From a virus, in the IMG/VR virus record IMGVR_UViG_3300042882_000881, positions 32,001 to 96,000 of that record: 64,000 nucleotides of DNA. The stretch is one strand, 5' to 3'. Position numbers and translations under genes: made by a program. This document shows, piece after piece, positions 20,672-30,301 of this stretch (position 1 is the first letter of the stretch; the number at the start of each line of letters is the position of its first letter). The notes below the pieces were generated by a model. The model was not told the origin of the DNA. It was given only the letters and a program-made list of their open reading frames with translations, and ran no database searches.

Positions 20672-21418
20672 ATGCCATCTCAATTAGGAAACTGTAACTG
20701 CTGTAAATGTGACGATTGTAGATGCAAGGTGATACTATATAAATGTGGAGGATCATGGGCCCCAGCTCCCACTGTTAAATGCGGCAGAAACAGCGTTAGT
20801 GGTCGATTTGTGTTTGAGAATTCTGCCGATTGCGGAGGCTGCAAGTGTTGTGTACAAGAAGGCTGCACAGTAAGTAAAATTTGTTTAGATAAAACATATG
20901 TTTTTAAATTTAGAGTATATGGTCATCTAGAAACATCTAGAGCCGGTATGCATATTGGAGAAATATATTATAGAAAAATATGCTGTAATGGAAAAAAGAA
21001 ATCATGGAAAAGAGTAGTACATGTAGAATCTGAAGGAGGAGGACTTCCATGTTGTAAGAGTAGACCAGTTGATGTTTGTAAAATAAAATTAGCTAGAGGA
21101 AAATATGAATTTAAATTTAAAGCTAATTCTGTAGATGGTTTGGATCATTGTGGCAATTTTTTACAATATGATGTTAAGTGGTGCAAAAATGTGATAGGTA
21201 AAAGTTGCTGTCCTACCTTACCAGGTATGGAAGAAGTATCAGATTTTTGTTGTTCTGTCACAAACAATCCATGTTGTCCTCCTCCTACATGTATACCATT
21301 AGGTAAATGCAATCAGGAGGATCCATCTTGCGATGAATGTCCTCCTGGCTGCGGCACAGATCCATGCGTAGCACACGGATGGATTATAATTCCATGTGAC
21401 AGTGTTAATCTTGCTTAG
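20672..21418 (+). CDS. Very Cys-rich hypothetical protein (34 Cys in 248 aa), probable virion component
   Basis: AGGA RBS; last gene of the + strand tail operon; central beta-sandwich-like stretch. Confidence 0.55.
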   Translation: MPSQLGNCNCCKCDDCRCKVILYKCGGSWAPAPTVKCGRNSVSGRFVFENSADCGGCKCCVQEGCTVSKICLDKTYVFKFRVYGHLETSRAGMHIGEIYYRKICCNGKKKSWKRVVHVESEGGGLPCCKSRPVDVCKIKLARGKYEFKFKANSVDGLDHCGNFLQYDVKWCKNVIGKSCCPTLPGMEEVSDFCCSVTNNPCCPPPTCIPLGKCNQEDPSCDECPPGCGTDPCVAHGWIIIPCDSVNLA

Positions 21419-21728
21419 GCGTATACTTGTGCCAGCCCTTATTTGATAGATAGTTACCAGCATCATCCTTACGCTTTGGAAATAATGTTCCACCCTTCTT
21501 GTGCTGACCAAATCCTAATATTGCCCCACACTCAGCACATCTGAGTTCAAAGTAGTCATTTCCATCAACATTTCTAACAACAAACTTTAGATTTGTGCTT
21601 CCGCACATTCCACACTTTTCTTCTCCAAAGATTTCTTGTATAGAAGCTAACTCTTTGAATAATTCCTTTTGGCCCGCGCCCTCTAATTCAAATTCTAATC
21701 TATCTCCAACTTTATATTTAACTTTCAT
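21405..21728 (-). CDS. Zn-ribbon hypothetical protein
   Basis: CGMC...CAEC; AAGGAG RBS; adjacent to the annealing protein gene. Confidence 0.65.
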   Translation of the reverse strand: MKVKYKVGDRLEFELEGAGQKELFKELASIQEIFGEEKCGMCGSTNLKFVVRNVDGNDYFELRCAECGAILGFGQHKKGGTLFPKRKDDAGNYLSNKGWHKYTPKQD

Positions 21729-21738
21729 TATTTACTCC

Positions 21739-22452
21739 TTATTTCCACGAGGGGTTATATGACTTGACACTATCTGGTATAGTAGTCATATCTTGTTGAT
21801 AAGCAGTTAATTTTTGCACTATTTCTACCGCTTTATCATGTTCTATAGTATAAATCTTAGATGACTCTATATCCATACTATTTAATAGTTTAACAACATC
21901 AATGTCCAATCGTTTTGATATTACATCAATAAAATTAATTTGATTATTATTAATCTTATTTATATTATGACCATTAATATCATCTTCAATATCTTTAGAT
22001 AATTCTTCTGCAGCAACAACTTTTCTTAACTTTAATGCTCTTCTTAAAGCTCTTCCTTCTGCTCTTGTTTCTGCTACAGCAACAGGATGATTTCTATAAA
22101 TCTTGTCACAGTTGCCCCAATAAACATCTGCTGCTCCACTCACAGTTCGCTTATTTAAAAGTGACTTGTCTTGATCGTCAGAATTTAAAATAAAGCCTAG
22201 TGTGTGAAGCACGGTGGCTCTCTTATCATTATTATTGTCCGGACTCTGAACAACTTCGCTTGTGGACTCAACAACCGTACAATTTAGTGCAATTTCAAAT
22301 ATTCTTCTTAAGCCATCTGTTGTTGGATTACCGGCTATTTTTTCATCATCAGATAATAAACTTAGCACATGATCAGTCCATTCCAGACTATTAGGTGTTA
22401 CAGTTTGAATATCTTTTTCTTCCACTTTTGTTTTTTTAACTGGCGCCATCAT
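21739..22452 (-). CDS. Rad52/Sak-like single-strand annealing protein
   Basis: VAETRAEGRALRRAL motif after a beta-hairpin region. Confidence 0.6.
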   Translation of the reverse strand: MMAPVKKTKVEEKDIQTVTPNSLEWTDHVLSLLSDDEKIAGNPTTDGLRRIFEIALNCTVVESTSEVVQSPDNNNDKRATVLHTLGFILNSDDQDKSLLNKRTVSGAADVYWGNCDKIYRNHPVAVAETRAEGRALRRALKLRKVVAAEELSKDIEDDINGHNINKINNNQINFIDVISKRLDIDVVKLLNSMDIESSKIYTIEHDKAVEIVQKLTAYQQDMTTIPDSVKSYNPSWK

Positions 22453-22458
22453 TTCTTC

Positions 22459-23652
22459 TTAGTCTCCATCTAAACTTGGGGTTACGTTTTGGTTATCAAT
22501 TAAATCTAAACAATCTTCACAATTTTGTAAACTTTCATCAGAATCTAATTCGTATTGGCTATACCTAAATGGTATACAGAACCCAGCATTATGCCATTTT
22601 ATAAAGTATACAGCTCCTAGTAGGTTAACATTTGTTACTGGTAAGTTAGCTGCCTTATTATCGCATGAGTAGTTATATTTATGTATTGGATCAGGATGAG
22701 TAGTTCGTCTTATGTTAGGCATCATTGTTTGGTGCCATAAGATTAGATCTGCATAATAATCATTAACTGCTACTGTATTCAAAAAGCTTGTGTATTGAGC
22801 ATTTGTAACCAGTGTGGGCCTCATGTTAAATCCAACATTAACGTAGCCATTTCCATAATTATCTGGTTGTATTCGTGGAACCTGAATAAAATCTTCTTCT
22901 TCACAAGGCTCAGAAGCTGATGGACAATAATCCTCATATCCAGTATCTATTATAGGATGAAGACAGAAAAAAATACCTTTATCAGGACACTGTATGCAAT
23001 AGGGATGGTAGTTTGGGTGGCCTCCTTCACAAGTTGTTGATCCCCACCTAAATCCTAATCTTGGACCTCTTGTATGTAAACCATCATGCTTAGGATATAT
23101 GTCAGATCCTCTACCGTGACCAAATATTGCTCCAAACTCAAAAAATGTATCACCAGGGAATAAAGCCCATTCTTGAACTCCAACCATTCCTATATCACCA
23201 ATACCATATTTTGATGCTGATGATCCAGTTTCAATATTAGCAGTTACACAAGATTGTCCAGTTGGAGTTTCTAACAATCCTCTAAATGGATTTGTTCCAG
23301 ATGGACATAATGATAGTTCTTGTTCTGATGCATACGTTCTACATCCCTGACTATCTGTGTAATAAGCCCATGTTCCCTGACCAGGATTAGCATTATAGAA
23401 TTCGTCTACAGTACCACCCTCTGGGACCTCCAAAGAAGAAGCAAAATTATTCCATTCATATATAACTTCTATAAGATTCTGATTAGGTTTTTCTACTATA
23501 GAATAACCACCATAATAAAAAGCTTTCGTCAGCGTGTTAATATCTGGTAAAAAACACACATGAGAATGTGAACATTCTATACAAGGAAATCTTTCAGCAT
23601 AACCTTCATCATTCCTGGGACATCCTCCACTATCTAAGGCTGGGTTTGCCAT
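22459..23652 (-). CDS. FGE-sulfatase (SUMF1)/C-type-lectin-fold protein, circularly permuted, Cys-rich
   Basis: Motifs FLPDINTLTKAFYY, YGIGDIGMVGVQEW, LGFR, then VTNAQYTSFLN and LPVTNVNLLGAVYFIKWHN. Confidence 0.7.
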   Translation of the reverse strand: MANPALDSGGCPRNDEGYAERFPCIECSHSHVCFLPDINTLTKAFYYGGYSIVEKPNQNLIEVIYEWNNFASSLEVPEGGTVDEFYNANPGQGTWAYYTDSQGCRTYASEQELSLCPSGTNPFRGLLETPTGQSCVTANIETGSSASKYGIGDIGMVGVQEWALFPGDTFFEFGAIFGHGRGSDIYPKHDGLHTRGPRLGFRWGSTTCEGGHPNYHPYCIQCPDKGIFFCLHPIIDTGYEDYCPSASEPCEEEDFIQVPRIQPDNYGNGYVNVGFNMRPTLVTNAQYTSFLNTVAVNDYYADLILWHQTMMPNIRRTTHPDPIHKYNYSCDNKAANLPVTNVNLLGAVYFIKWHNAGFCIPFRYSQYELDSDESLQNCEDCLDLIDNQNVTPSLDGD

Positions 23653-23654
23653 AA

Positions 23655-24425
23655 TCAGTACTCCACAATATTTTTATTAGATTGCATATTTTTGATTAAA
23701 AAGGGCTTTATATTTTGATATAAAAGATACGCCCTAGTTTCTGAGAAATCACAAGACTGCTTGACTCTTAATATTGATATTCCTTTTCCTATCAATAAAC
23801 CTTCTTTTTTTAAGTCATATTTTTGATTTCTTGATAATGATTGATCGCCCCAAATATTCTCAAAATGAGATGGGCCGTCAACCTCTATCGCCAGATTTAT
23901 ATTAGGAAGAAACAGGTCAATCTGCAACTTGGTATTTGATAAGATATGTTCTTTGTGGAAATCTACCTTGTGTCCATCTTCTATCAGTTTTACCAACAAA
24001 TATTTCTCTAATTTTGACCCTACCTTACTACTCTCTCTAACTGCTCTATTAGCTTTACTTATCATTTCTTGTTTTTCATCTTCACTTTTCTTATTCCAAT
24101 TATCTCTGGCTTTTTCTTTCCTAGAGTCCAAATCCTCATCAGATAAATTTTTCCAATTTTCTAATATCGATAATCCTATTTTATGTTTAGTCTCCGATGA
24201 TCTTTCTGTTCCTTTTGTTGGATGTTTATGTGTTCCAACTGATATAGCATTAGATTGAGCCTCACTCTTTGATCGTACATTAACTCCTAATCTTTTAGCA
24301 TCTCTTCTGATCTTGTTAGCATATGTACTATATTCTTTTGCTATAATCTGGAAGCTTTTCTTATTTTCAATATATTCTTTATTTATAATTTCTATTTTCT
24401 TATCATCAGATAAATTTTCATACAT
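23655..24425 (-). CDS. Vsr/DUF559-like endonuclease with HTH and NUMOD-like DNA-binding region (putative homing endonuclease)
   Basis: SKLE...IDLFLP..NLAIEVDGPSH..DLKKE; HPTKGTERSSETKHKIG; start taken at MYENL. Confidence 0.7.
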   Translation of the reverse strand: MYENLSDDKKIEIINKEYIENKKSFQIIAKEYSTYANKIRRDAKRLGVNVRSKSEAQSNAISVGTHKHPTKGTERSSETKHKIGLSILENWKNLSDEDLDSRKEKARDNWNKKSEDEKQEMISKANRAVRESSKVGSKLEKYLLVKLIEDGHKVDFHKEHILSNTKLQIDLFLPNINLAIEVDGPSHFENIWGDQSLSRNQKYDLKKEGLLIGKGISILRVKQSCDFSETRAYLLYQNIKPFLIKNMQSNKNIVEY

Positions 24426-24804
24426 ATGATAGTTCCTTTGTATAATTAAAAACAATATTCATGAATTCAGTAGATATGTTACTAGGTATAATAACCTCAT
24501 CAATATTTTGAATAAAGGATGAAAGTTGCTTATAACTGATATTATGATTGGGTGAGTTTGACATATAGTAGATTATCCTGTTATTCTTATCTTTTAGTCT
24601 TTCATATAAAGATAAATTATCAATCACGATATCATACCCTAAGTTATTAACTTCGGTATAATGAAATCTTGGTAAATCATATTCGCCTTTTGAGGATAGA
24701 TTGTCATATAGCAATATTATATTTTCATATTTTTCATTACAATAATTAATTAGTTTATTATAATTATGATCGCAATAAATAGCTACTGTATTATTTTGAG
24801 GCAT
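24418..24804 (-). CDS. Hypothetical protein (glycosyltransferase island)
   Basis: ORF overlapping neighbours in a very AT-rich operon. Confidence 0.5.
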   Translation of the reverse strand: MPQNNTVAIYCDHNYNKLINYCNEKYENIILLYDNLSSKGEYDLPRFHYTEVNNLGYDIVIDNLSLYERLKDKNNRIIYYMSNSPNHNISYKQLSSFIQNIDEVIIPSNISTEFMNIVFNYTKELSYV

Positions 24805-25396
24805 TTGAAAAAAATAGTTCCATGTTATTAATTATAGCGTCACTATTCTCATTCCATGAAATAGCGCCCCTTGGCTTGAATATGCCGTAGGTTTTATTAT
24901 AGAAGCCACACAAGCTCTTTCCAATATTATTATCTATTAAGATCTTAGAGCTACCAACTATTATATCTGTTAAATCTCTACATGTTTTAATTTGTCCACA
25001 ATATTGTACATGATTAAAGTTCTCAGATGATGCATTATAAAATCTAACGTATGTATCATCATATTTGTATATTTTATTATTCACAACGTCAGGAGAATTA
25101 AAAAAAATACACGATATTATATTTTCAACCTTATGATCTTTTTTGGCCATAGAGTTCGGTATTATAAAAGGAATATTATATTCGATAATTTTACTAGATA
25201 TACTTTTAAGATTATAGTTATCTAATGATTCAAAAGCCTTATTTATCCAAATAGTATCAGGATTAATACTATCATAATTATCATAGAATGATAGTTTTGG
25301 ATTTGAAGAATAGAACTTAGTAGAACTATCTATTTGTGAGCACGATGATAAGCTTTCAATATTAAACTTATGATCATAAACTAAAATTTTGCGCAT
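24791..25396 (-). CDS. Hypothetical protein, possibly a degenerate GT-B fold
   Basis: Alternating beta/alpha pattern; context. Confidence 0.4.
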   Translation of the reverse strand: MRKILVYDHKFNIESLSSCSQIDSSTKFYSSNPKLSFYDNYDSINPDTIWINKAFESLDNYNLKSISSKIIEYNIPFIIPNSMAKKDHKVENIISCIFFNSPDVVNNKIYKYDDTYVRFYNASSENFNHVQYCGQIKTCRDLTDIIVGSSKILIDNNIGKSLCGFYNKTYGIFKPRGAISWNENSDAIINNMELFFSNASK

Positions 25397-26057
25397 AATA
25401 TCTTTTTATTTTCTTAAGTGTATTGTTATTTTCAATATGTATTATGTTTTTAGGATTCTCTATATACTTTGATCTAAACTCTCCGCCAGATGAGATTATC
25501 TCATTAATAACTTCAAATATAAAAAAATTATCATTGATATCTATAGATTTTAAAATATCTAACTCAGACTTTGCTAATCCATAAATTCCACAGGTTTTAT
25601 TTGGCAAGTTATAGAACAGGTTCTCTATGCTGTCGTTGTCGTTTAATATGCACCCAATATTATAGGTATTAGAATCATTATCATTTATAAATACCGTTGA
25701 ACTGTCATAATCAAATCGATTGAAAATCTTGTGACTAAATAATATCTTATTAAATAATATTAATACATAATCACTTTCTATATGTTGTAATGCTAGTTTT
25801 AAAGAGAAAGCGTTGTTCTTAATATCATATTGATTATTTTCTATAATATTTATATTTTTGCTCTCATATATTTTAGATGATTGAAATCCACCCACATATA
25901 TAATATTATTAACATTTAATTTTTTCTTTAAATTATATACTTGACTATCAAGAATATTTTGATATTTGTTAATCTTAATATTCGAGAATGCTCCAAGAGA
26001 TTTCATTCCTTTGATAGGCTTGGCACCTAAGATGATAATATCAACTAATTTCTTCAT
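25374..26057 (-). CDS. Divergent sugar/choline-phosphate nucleotidyltransferase-like protein
   Basis: N-terminal IIILGAKPIKGMKSLG..IKI...ILDSQ, IYVGGF, NNAFSLKLAL pattern of the NTP_transferase fold. Confidence 0.6.
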   Translation of the reverse strand: MKKLVDIIILGAKPIKGMKSLGAFSNIKINKYQNILDSQVYNLKKKLNVNNIIYVGGFQSSKIYESKNINIIENNQYDIKNNAFSLKLALQHIESDYVLILFNKILFSHKIFNRFDYDSSTVFINDNDSNTYNIGCILNDNDSIENLFYNLPNKTCGIYGLAKSELDILKSIDINDNFFIFEVINEIISSGGEFRSKYIENPKNIIHIENNNTLKKIKRYYAQNFSL

Positions 26058-26790
26058 ATTTGGTATGCATATCTTTGTTCGTTAATAGATTTGAATCATT
26101 CAGACTCTTCACATAGTTAAGTGTTAGATAAGAGAAAAATAAATTATCATTAATATTAATACATCCAAAAGAATGTCCATTCTGTATATAAGAATTAATT
26201 TTTTCACTAAAATTATAATCTTTATACTGTGATGGATAAATTAAAAAGTAGAATCTATCCACCGGAGCACTTTTTATGATAGCTCTAACTCTATGATCAA
26301 AAGTCATTTCCTCGTCAATAAAGTTCTGTAGTCTCCAAGGAATCTTAAGATCATTAAGTATTGGGGATATATCTTTTATTGAAGTACTATATGTTTTATA
26401 TTTTTCTCTAATAACCATTATACCTTTTGGTTTAATCTTTTGATTTATTAAAGAATCTATTATTTTATTAAAATCATCCAAAGATGTACTTTCTTCAAAA
26501 TATATAACGGCTATATACTTTAGCTCATTCTCTTGAACTACTAAACTTTTAGCATCATTGATAGAAGTTAAGTTTTTTTTATCATACCATTCCTTATTTC
26601 GTAAAGATAAACATCTCTTTTTATTTAATACAAAGAATTCTTGCGAATCATCGTATACCTCAAGTACTTCAACACCCATATTTCTATAGTGTTCAATCTT
26701 ATTTAATTCACAAGAAATTTGTGTTTTTCCATTATAAATAGCAAATACGCATGACTTACATGGAGTATGAATAATATCAATTTTGGTCAC
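26041..26790 (-). CDS. Hypothetical protein with N-terminal Cys motif and GT-A-like stretch
   Basis: CKSC..C..C; IIDSLINQKIKPKGIMVI resembles the GT2 N-terminus. Confidence 0.4.
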   Translation of the reverse strand: MTKIDIIHTPCKSCVFAIYNGKTQISCELNKIEHYRNMGVEVLEVYDDSQEFFVLNKKRCLSLRNKEWYDKKNLTSINDAKSLVVQENELKYIAVIYFEESTSLDDFNKIIDSLINQKIKPKGIMVIREKYKTYSTSIKDISPILNDLKIPWRLQNFIDEEMTFDHRVRAIIKSAPVDRFYFLIYPSQYKDYNFSEKINSYIQNGHSFGCININDNLFFSYLTLNYVKSLNDSNLLTNKDMHTKYEEIS

Positions 26791-27190
26791 TTTGTAATCT
26801 CCCGCATTCTATATAATATAGTAGTCGATCTGTTTTTACAGTATTAACTTTATAGTTATTATCAACTAATAGTTTGATTACTTCAGATAATGGATATATT
26901 GTTTTATTCTTTATCAGTCCATTAAACTCTTTAAAATTAAAAAATTTATCAATATATAGCTCACAGATTTTATTTAGATCAACCCCAATCAATGATACTA
27001 CTCCTTTTAACCTTAGCTTTGATAATAGAAGTTTTAATGTCTCATTTGGTTCATCCAATAATTCGATAGTGTTATATATATTAATACTCTCTATACTATG
27101 ATCATTTAAGCTCTGTATATTAGATAATGATATTTTTTCAATATCTGGCTGATAATCTTTTATTGACTCATGTTGTATTTGATATTTCAT
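26777..27190 (-). CDS. Degenerate SAM-methyltransferase-like protein
   Basis: DHSIESI...TIELL....LSKLRLKGVVSL resembles class I MTase motifs; start taken at MKYQ. Confidence 0.4.
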   Translation of the reverse strand: MKYQIQHESIKDYQPDIEKISLSNIQSLNDHSIESINIYNTIELLDEPNETLKLLLSKLRLKGVVSLIGVDLNKICELYIDKFFNFKEFNGLIKNKTIYPLSEVIKLLVDNNYKVNTVKTDRLLYYIECGRLQSDQN

Positions 27191-27612
27191 ATTAACGATC
27201 TCCAAGTTTGTTTATCTTCTATGTCTATTAGTAAGTTGTGAGACTGGTTTGAATTTAAATATTCGTACTCGTTTAATGCCACGAATATGGACGTATAATT
27301 ATTATTGTATAGCGAATATGTCGAGCTTAATTCTGTCCAATAAGATATTTCACTTCTGGCAACGCTGTGAGAAATATTATCTATGATAATTATATTAGAC
27401 AAGAATCTTCTATAAAATCCGTCTATCTTATTTAGATTAGTTTGATCTGTAATAATACAATCAAAATTATTAAAAACCTGTAATCTATCTAGTATGGTCA
27501 CATCATATGCGTCAAAGTGTTTTAATAATACGTTTGCATATTCTGTATCTAATAATATTTTTTTAGTTATATTTTTTGTAGCGCTTCTAATTAATGAATT
27601 AATTTTAGTCAT
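27187..27612 (-). CDS. Hypothetical protein
   Basis: ORF with ATGA overlap to the upstream gene. Confidence 0.5.
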   Translation of the reverse strand: MTKINSLIRSATKNITKKILLDTEYANVLLKHFDAYDVTILDRLQVFNNFDCIITDQTNLNKIDGFYRRFLSNIIIIDNISHSVARSEISYWTELSSTYSLYNNNYTSIFVALNEYEYLNSNQSHNLLIDIEDKQTWRSLI

Positions 27613-28661
27613 TTAAAGAACCCATTCTCCTCAAAAGATTCATAGCATTTATTTGAAGCAATTTTATTGTTAATATTTTCATAGATTTTTACCAGTTTAT
27701 CCTGGATAGACATATCATTAATTTTTGGATAACTATTTAGTTCATTGAAATAGATTTTATCTCCATGAAAAACTCTATAATTTGAAGGGGTAGTTTCAAT
27801 AAGGCTATCCAATGAATATGTAAGTATATTTTTAATGTTTATAATAGATAATATATATTTACCAAGATATGATGCCGTGAATATATCTGGATTTATTATA
27901 TAATCTATATTGATATAACAATCTCCTAAAATATGACACTCAATATGTTGCTCAAAATCAGAATATGGGTTGCCTGATATTATAGTTAATAAACTATCTA
28001 TTACAGATGAATCTATAAATTTAAATTGATTTTTTATTTTTTCTATAAGATTCTTTATTATATCATCTAATTCTGAGCCATTCTCATTTTTCAGATATAT
28101 TGTTAAATTGGCATTAACCTTATGAAATACTAATATAAAATTAAAGATTAAACTCTCTATATTCTCAATATTAGATATATCAGTTATTGTATAAAAAATT
28201 TGTTTATCATTTTTAGTCTTTTTCTTATTATCAAATAATTTTGCTATTCTATCCTTGGAATATGGATATCCAATAGTTTTAGTCTTGTCTTTTAAAGAAT
28301 CCCCAAGAAAATCTTTATATTGATCATCAAAAACCCATATTTCATCAGCCAAGGATAACTTGTCTAATCTTGATAAATTTCTTTTTGGAAAATGTTTAAT
28401 ATCTGGAATAAATATATTTTTATAACCAGAGTGATATTCCATATCATCGATTGGTACATATTGAATAATAGTATCAATATCGTCAGACTTTTCTGATGTT
28501 AAAGGACTTAGTATTTCGTCATATTGATTTAATGATAAAAAATCTGGTAAGTTTCTAATCACGCAATCATTTTTTAATAATAAACCATCACACAATCCTT
28601 TTGCCCAGAATCCATTCTCTGTGCATGATTCAAAACTTGTTATTAATAATTTATTTTTCAT
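27609..28661 (-). CDS. Divergent GT-B glycosyltransferase-like protein
   Basis: ADEIWV, FYTI..., H..GDCYI pattern parallels the GT4 at 62013. Confidence 0.5.
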   Translation of the reverse strand: MKNKLLITSFESCTENGFWAKGLCDGLLLKNDCVIRNLPDFLSLNQYDEILSPLTSEKSDDIDTIIQYVPIDDMEYHSGYKNIFIPDIKHFPKRNLSRLDKLSLADEIWVFDDQYKDFLGDSLKDKTKTIGYPYSKDRIAKLFDNKKKTKNDKQIFYTITDISNIENIESLIFNFILVFHKVNANLTIYLKNENGSELDDIIKNLIEKIKNQFKFIDSSVIDSLLTIISGNPYSDFEQHIECHILGDCYINIDYIINPDIFTASYLGKYILSIINIKNILTYSLDSLIETTPSNYRVFHGDKIYFNELNSYPKINDMSIQDKLVKIYENINNKIASNKCYESFEENGFFK

Positions 28662-30244
28662 TTAATATAATCTTCGTTTATTTTACCAGGTGTTGTTCTA
28701 ATATGTTCTATCATAGCCTTTTGACGTGCAAATCTTTCAAGATTTTCTGCCGCATGTCTTTTAGTATATTGTTCAATATTCGATCCATTTTTGGATGTTC
28801 CATGATCTAAAGAATGCAGAGTATGTTGTATCATTTGTGTCTTCATTAATCCTGGCTCTTTAATTATATTGCAGCAAATATCATTAATGAAATCAAAATT
28901 GCTTAATGAATAATCTAATCTTATATTATCTGGCAATTCATATTTATCAGTACTGTTCCAGTCTTTTGATGTTGATAGATCTATTGAATCTATAGCATCT
29001 TCCCAAACCTTAACAATGTTATTCCAAGAATAATATTCTATAGTCTTTGTTCTTGTATTATTTTTTATAGTATTTTTATCATCATCACTAAGATTTCTAT
29101 ATTCATTTATTAAATCTATAGTTTTATCAATATCTGGATATGCTCTTTTTGCATGACTTTCCATTTCATATTGTAGATTAGCTAGTGGTAATGGGAAACC
29201 ATCTATATTTCTTACAACCTCTGACATAGCACTATAGTCTACTGAAAATACAGGAATTCCACAAGAAGAAGCCTCAATTTGAGGCATGCCAAATCCTTCG
29301 CAAACAGCATATTGTACATATATATCAAATGTGTTATATATCTCAGATAATTGCTCATCAGTTATTCCGCTTGATGTGGTAGCAAACATTGAACTTGGTT
29401 TTGAACAATATTTACACACAGTATTAATACCAGAATAATGAGAACAATAATGTTTTTTACATAATCGACACTTATATGTAAAATAAACCTTATTCATAAC
29501 ATTAAACTGTAATAATAATGATGGAATATTCCAACCATTTAATTCAGGATAAGTTGTATGTAAATAAAGTATACAATTATCCAATTTGCTGATCATCTCA
29601 AATAAAGCTGGTATAAGTTTTCGTTTTTGGTTTCTCATTACAGCACCAATAACAAAAGAGTCTTTTGGTAGTCCAAATTCTTCTTTTGATACCTTCTTTG
29701 ATTTGAAAGTATCATGATCAACACCAGCCGGACTAATCTTATTAAATAATTTTAAGTTCTTAAAATAAGATAGATAATCCTTTGCCCAATTTGTATAAGG
29801 AATGACTAAATCCGCATTACTAAATATGGTAATCCATTCGTTCCTTTGTGGTATAGAATCCACTGGTGGCATTATGATCCATTTGAAATATCTTCTAAGA
29901 GGAGAAAACGATTGATAATCAAACATCCAAGGATCACGAAAATCAATTACTATATCTGGTTTAAAGTCCAAACAAACAGCATCAAATCTCCATTGACCAA
30001 AAGCATTATTAGGATTTGACTTATATGTTTTGTATCTTTCATCAGAAGGTATTACTGAGTTTGGATATATTTTCCATTTGGTCTTAATTGACTTCAAATC
30101 ATTTATGCTGCAAAAACATGCGAATTCTGCAAGTTCGTATTTATTAGAGCTATGTAAGCCTTCTAATAGATTTCTACTCCAATTAGCATAACCAGAGTTT
30201 AATCCGCTATATTCGCCACACAGTAGTATTCTTTTTTTTGTCAT
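28658..30244 (-). CDS. Glycosyltransferase family 4 (GT-B) with an inserted Zn ribbon
   Basis: RNQKRK, DIYVQYAVCEGFGMPQIEA (ExFG-x4-E), insertion CRLC...CKYC. Confidence 0.85.
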   Translation of the reverse strand: MTKKRILLCGEYSGLNSGYANWSRNLLEGLHSSNKYELAEFACFCSINDLKSIKTKWKIYPNSVIPSDERYKTYKSNPNNAFGQWRFDAVCLDFKPDIVIDFRDPWMFDYQSFSPLRRYFKWIIMPPVDSIPQRNEWITIFSNADLVIPYTNWAKDYLSYFKNLKLFNKISPAGVDHDTFKSKKVSKEEFGLPKDSFVIGAVMRNQKRKLIPALFEMISKLDNCILYLHTTYPELNGWNIPSLLLQFNVMNKVYFTYKCRLCKKHYCSHYSGINTVCKYCSKPSSMFATTSSGITDEQLSEIYNTFDIYVQYAVCEGFGMPQIEASSCGIPVFSVDYSAMSEVVRNIDGFPLPLANLQYEMESHAKRAYPDIDKTIDLINEYRNLSDDDKNTIKNNTRTKTIEYYSWNNIVKVWEDAIDSIDLSTSKDWNSTDKYELPDNIRLDYSLSNFDFINDICCNIIKEPGLMKTQMIQHTLHSLDHGTSKNGSNIEQYTKRHAAENLERFARQKAMIEHIRTTPGKINEDYIK

Positions 30245-30249
30245 AATAT

Positions 30250-30288
30250 AAAAGAAGCCCCCTCACCACTAGGATGAGAGGGCCTCTT
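30250..30288 (-). terminator. Rho-independent terminator after ssb
   Basis: Minus strand AAGAGGCCCTCTCA-loop-TGAGGGGGCTTCTTTT. Confidence 0.75.
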
Positions 30289-30301
30289 ATTTGATTATAG
30301 A

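Noticed and set aside
21405-21418. Bidirectional terminator at the convergent strand switch
   Set aside because: The two 3' ends overlap by 14 nt and no convincing hairpin is visible
22459-23652. Diversity-generating retroelement target (CLec fold)
   Set aside because: No reverse transcriptase or template/variable repeat pair seen in the window
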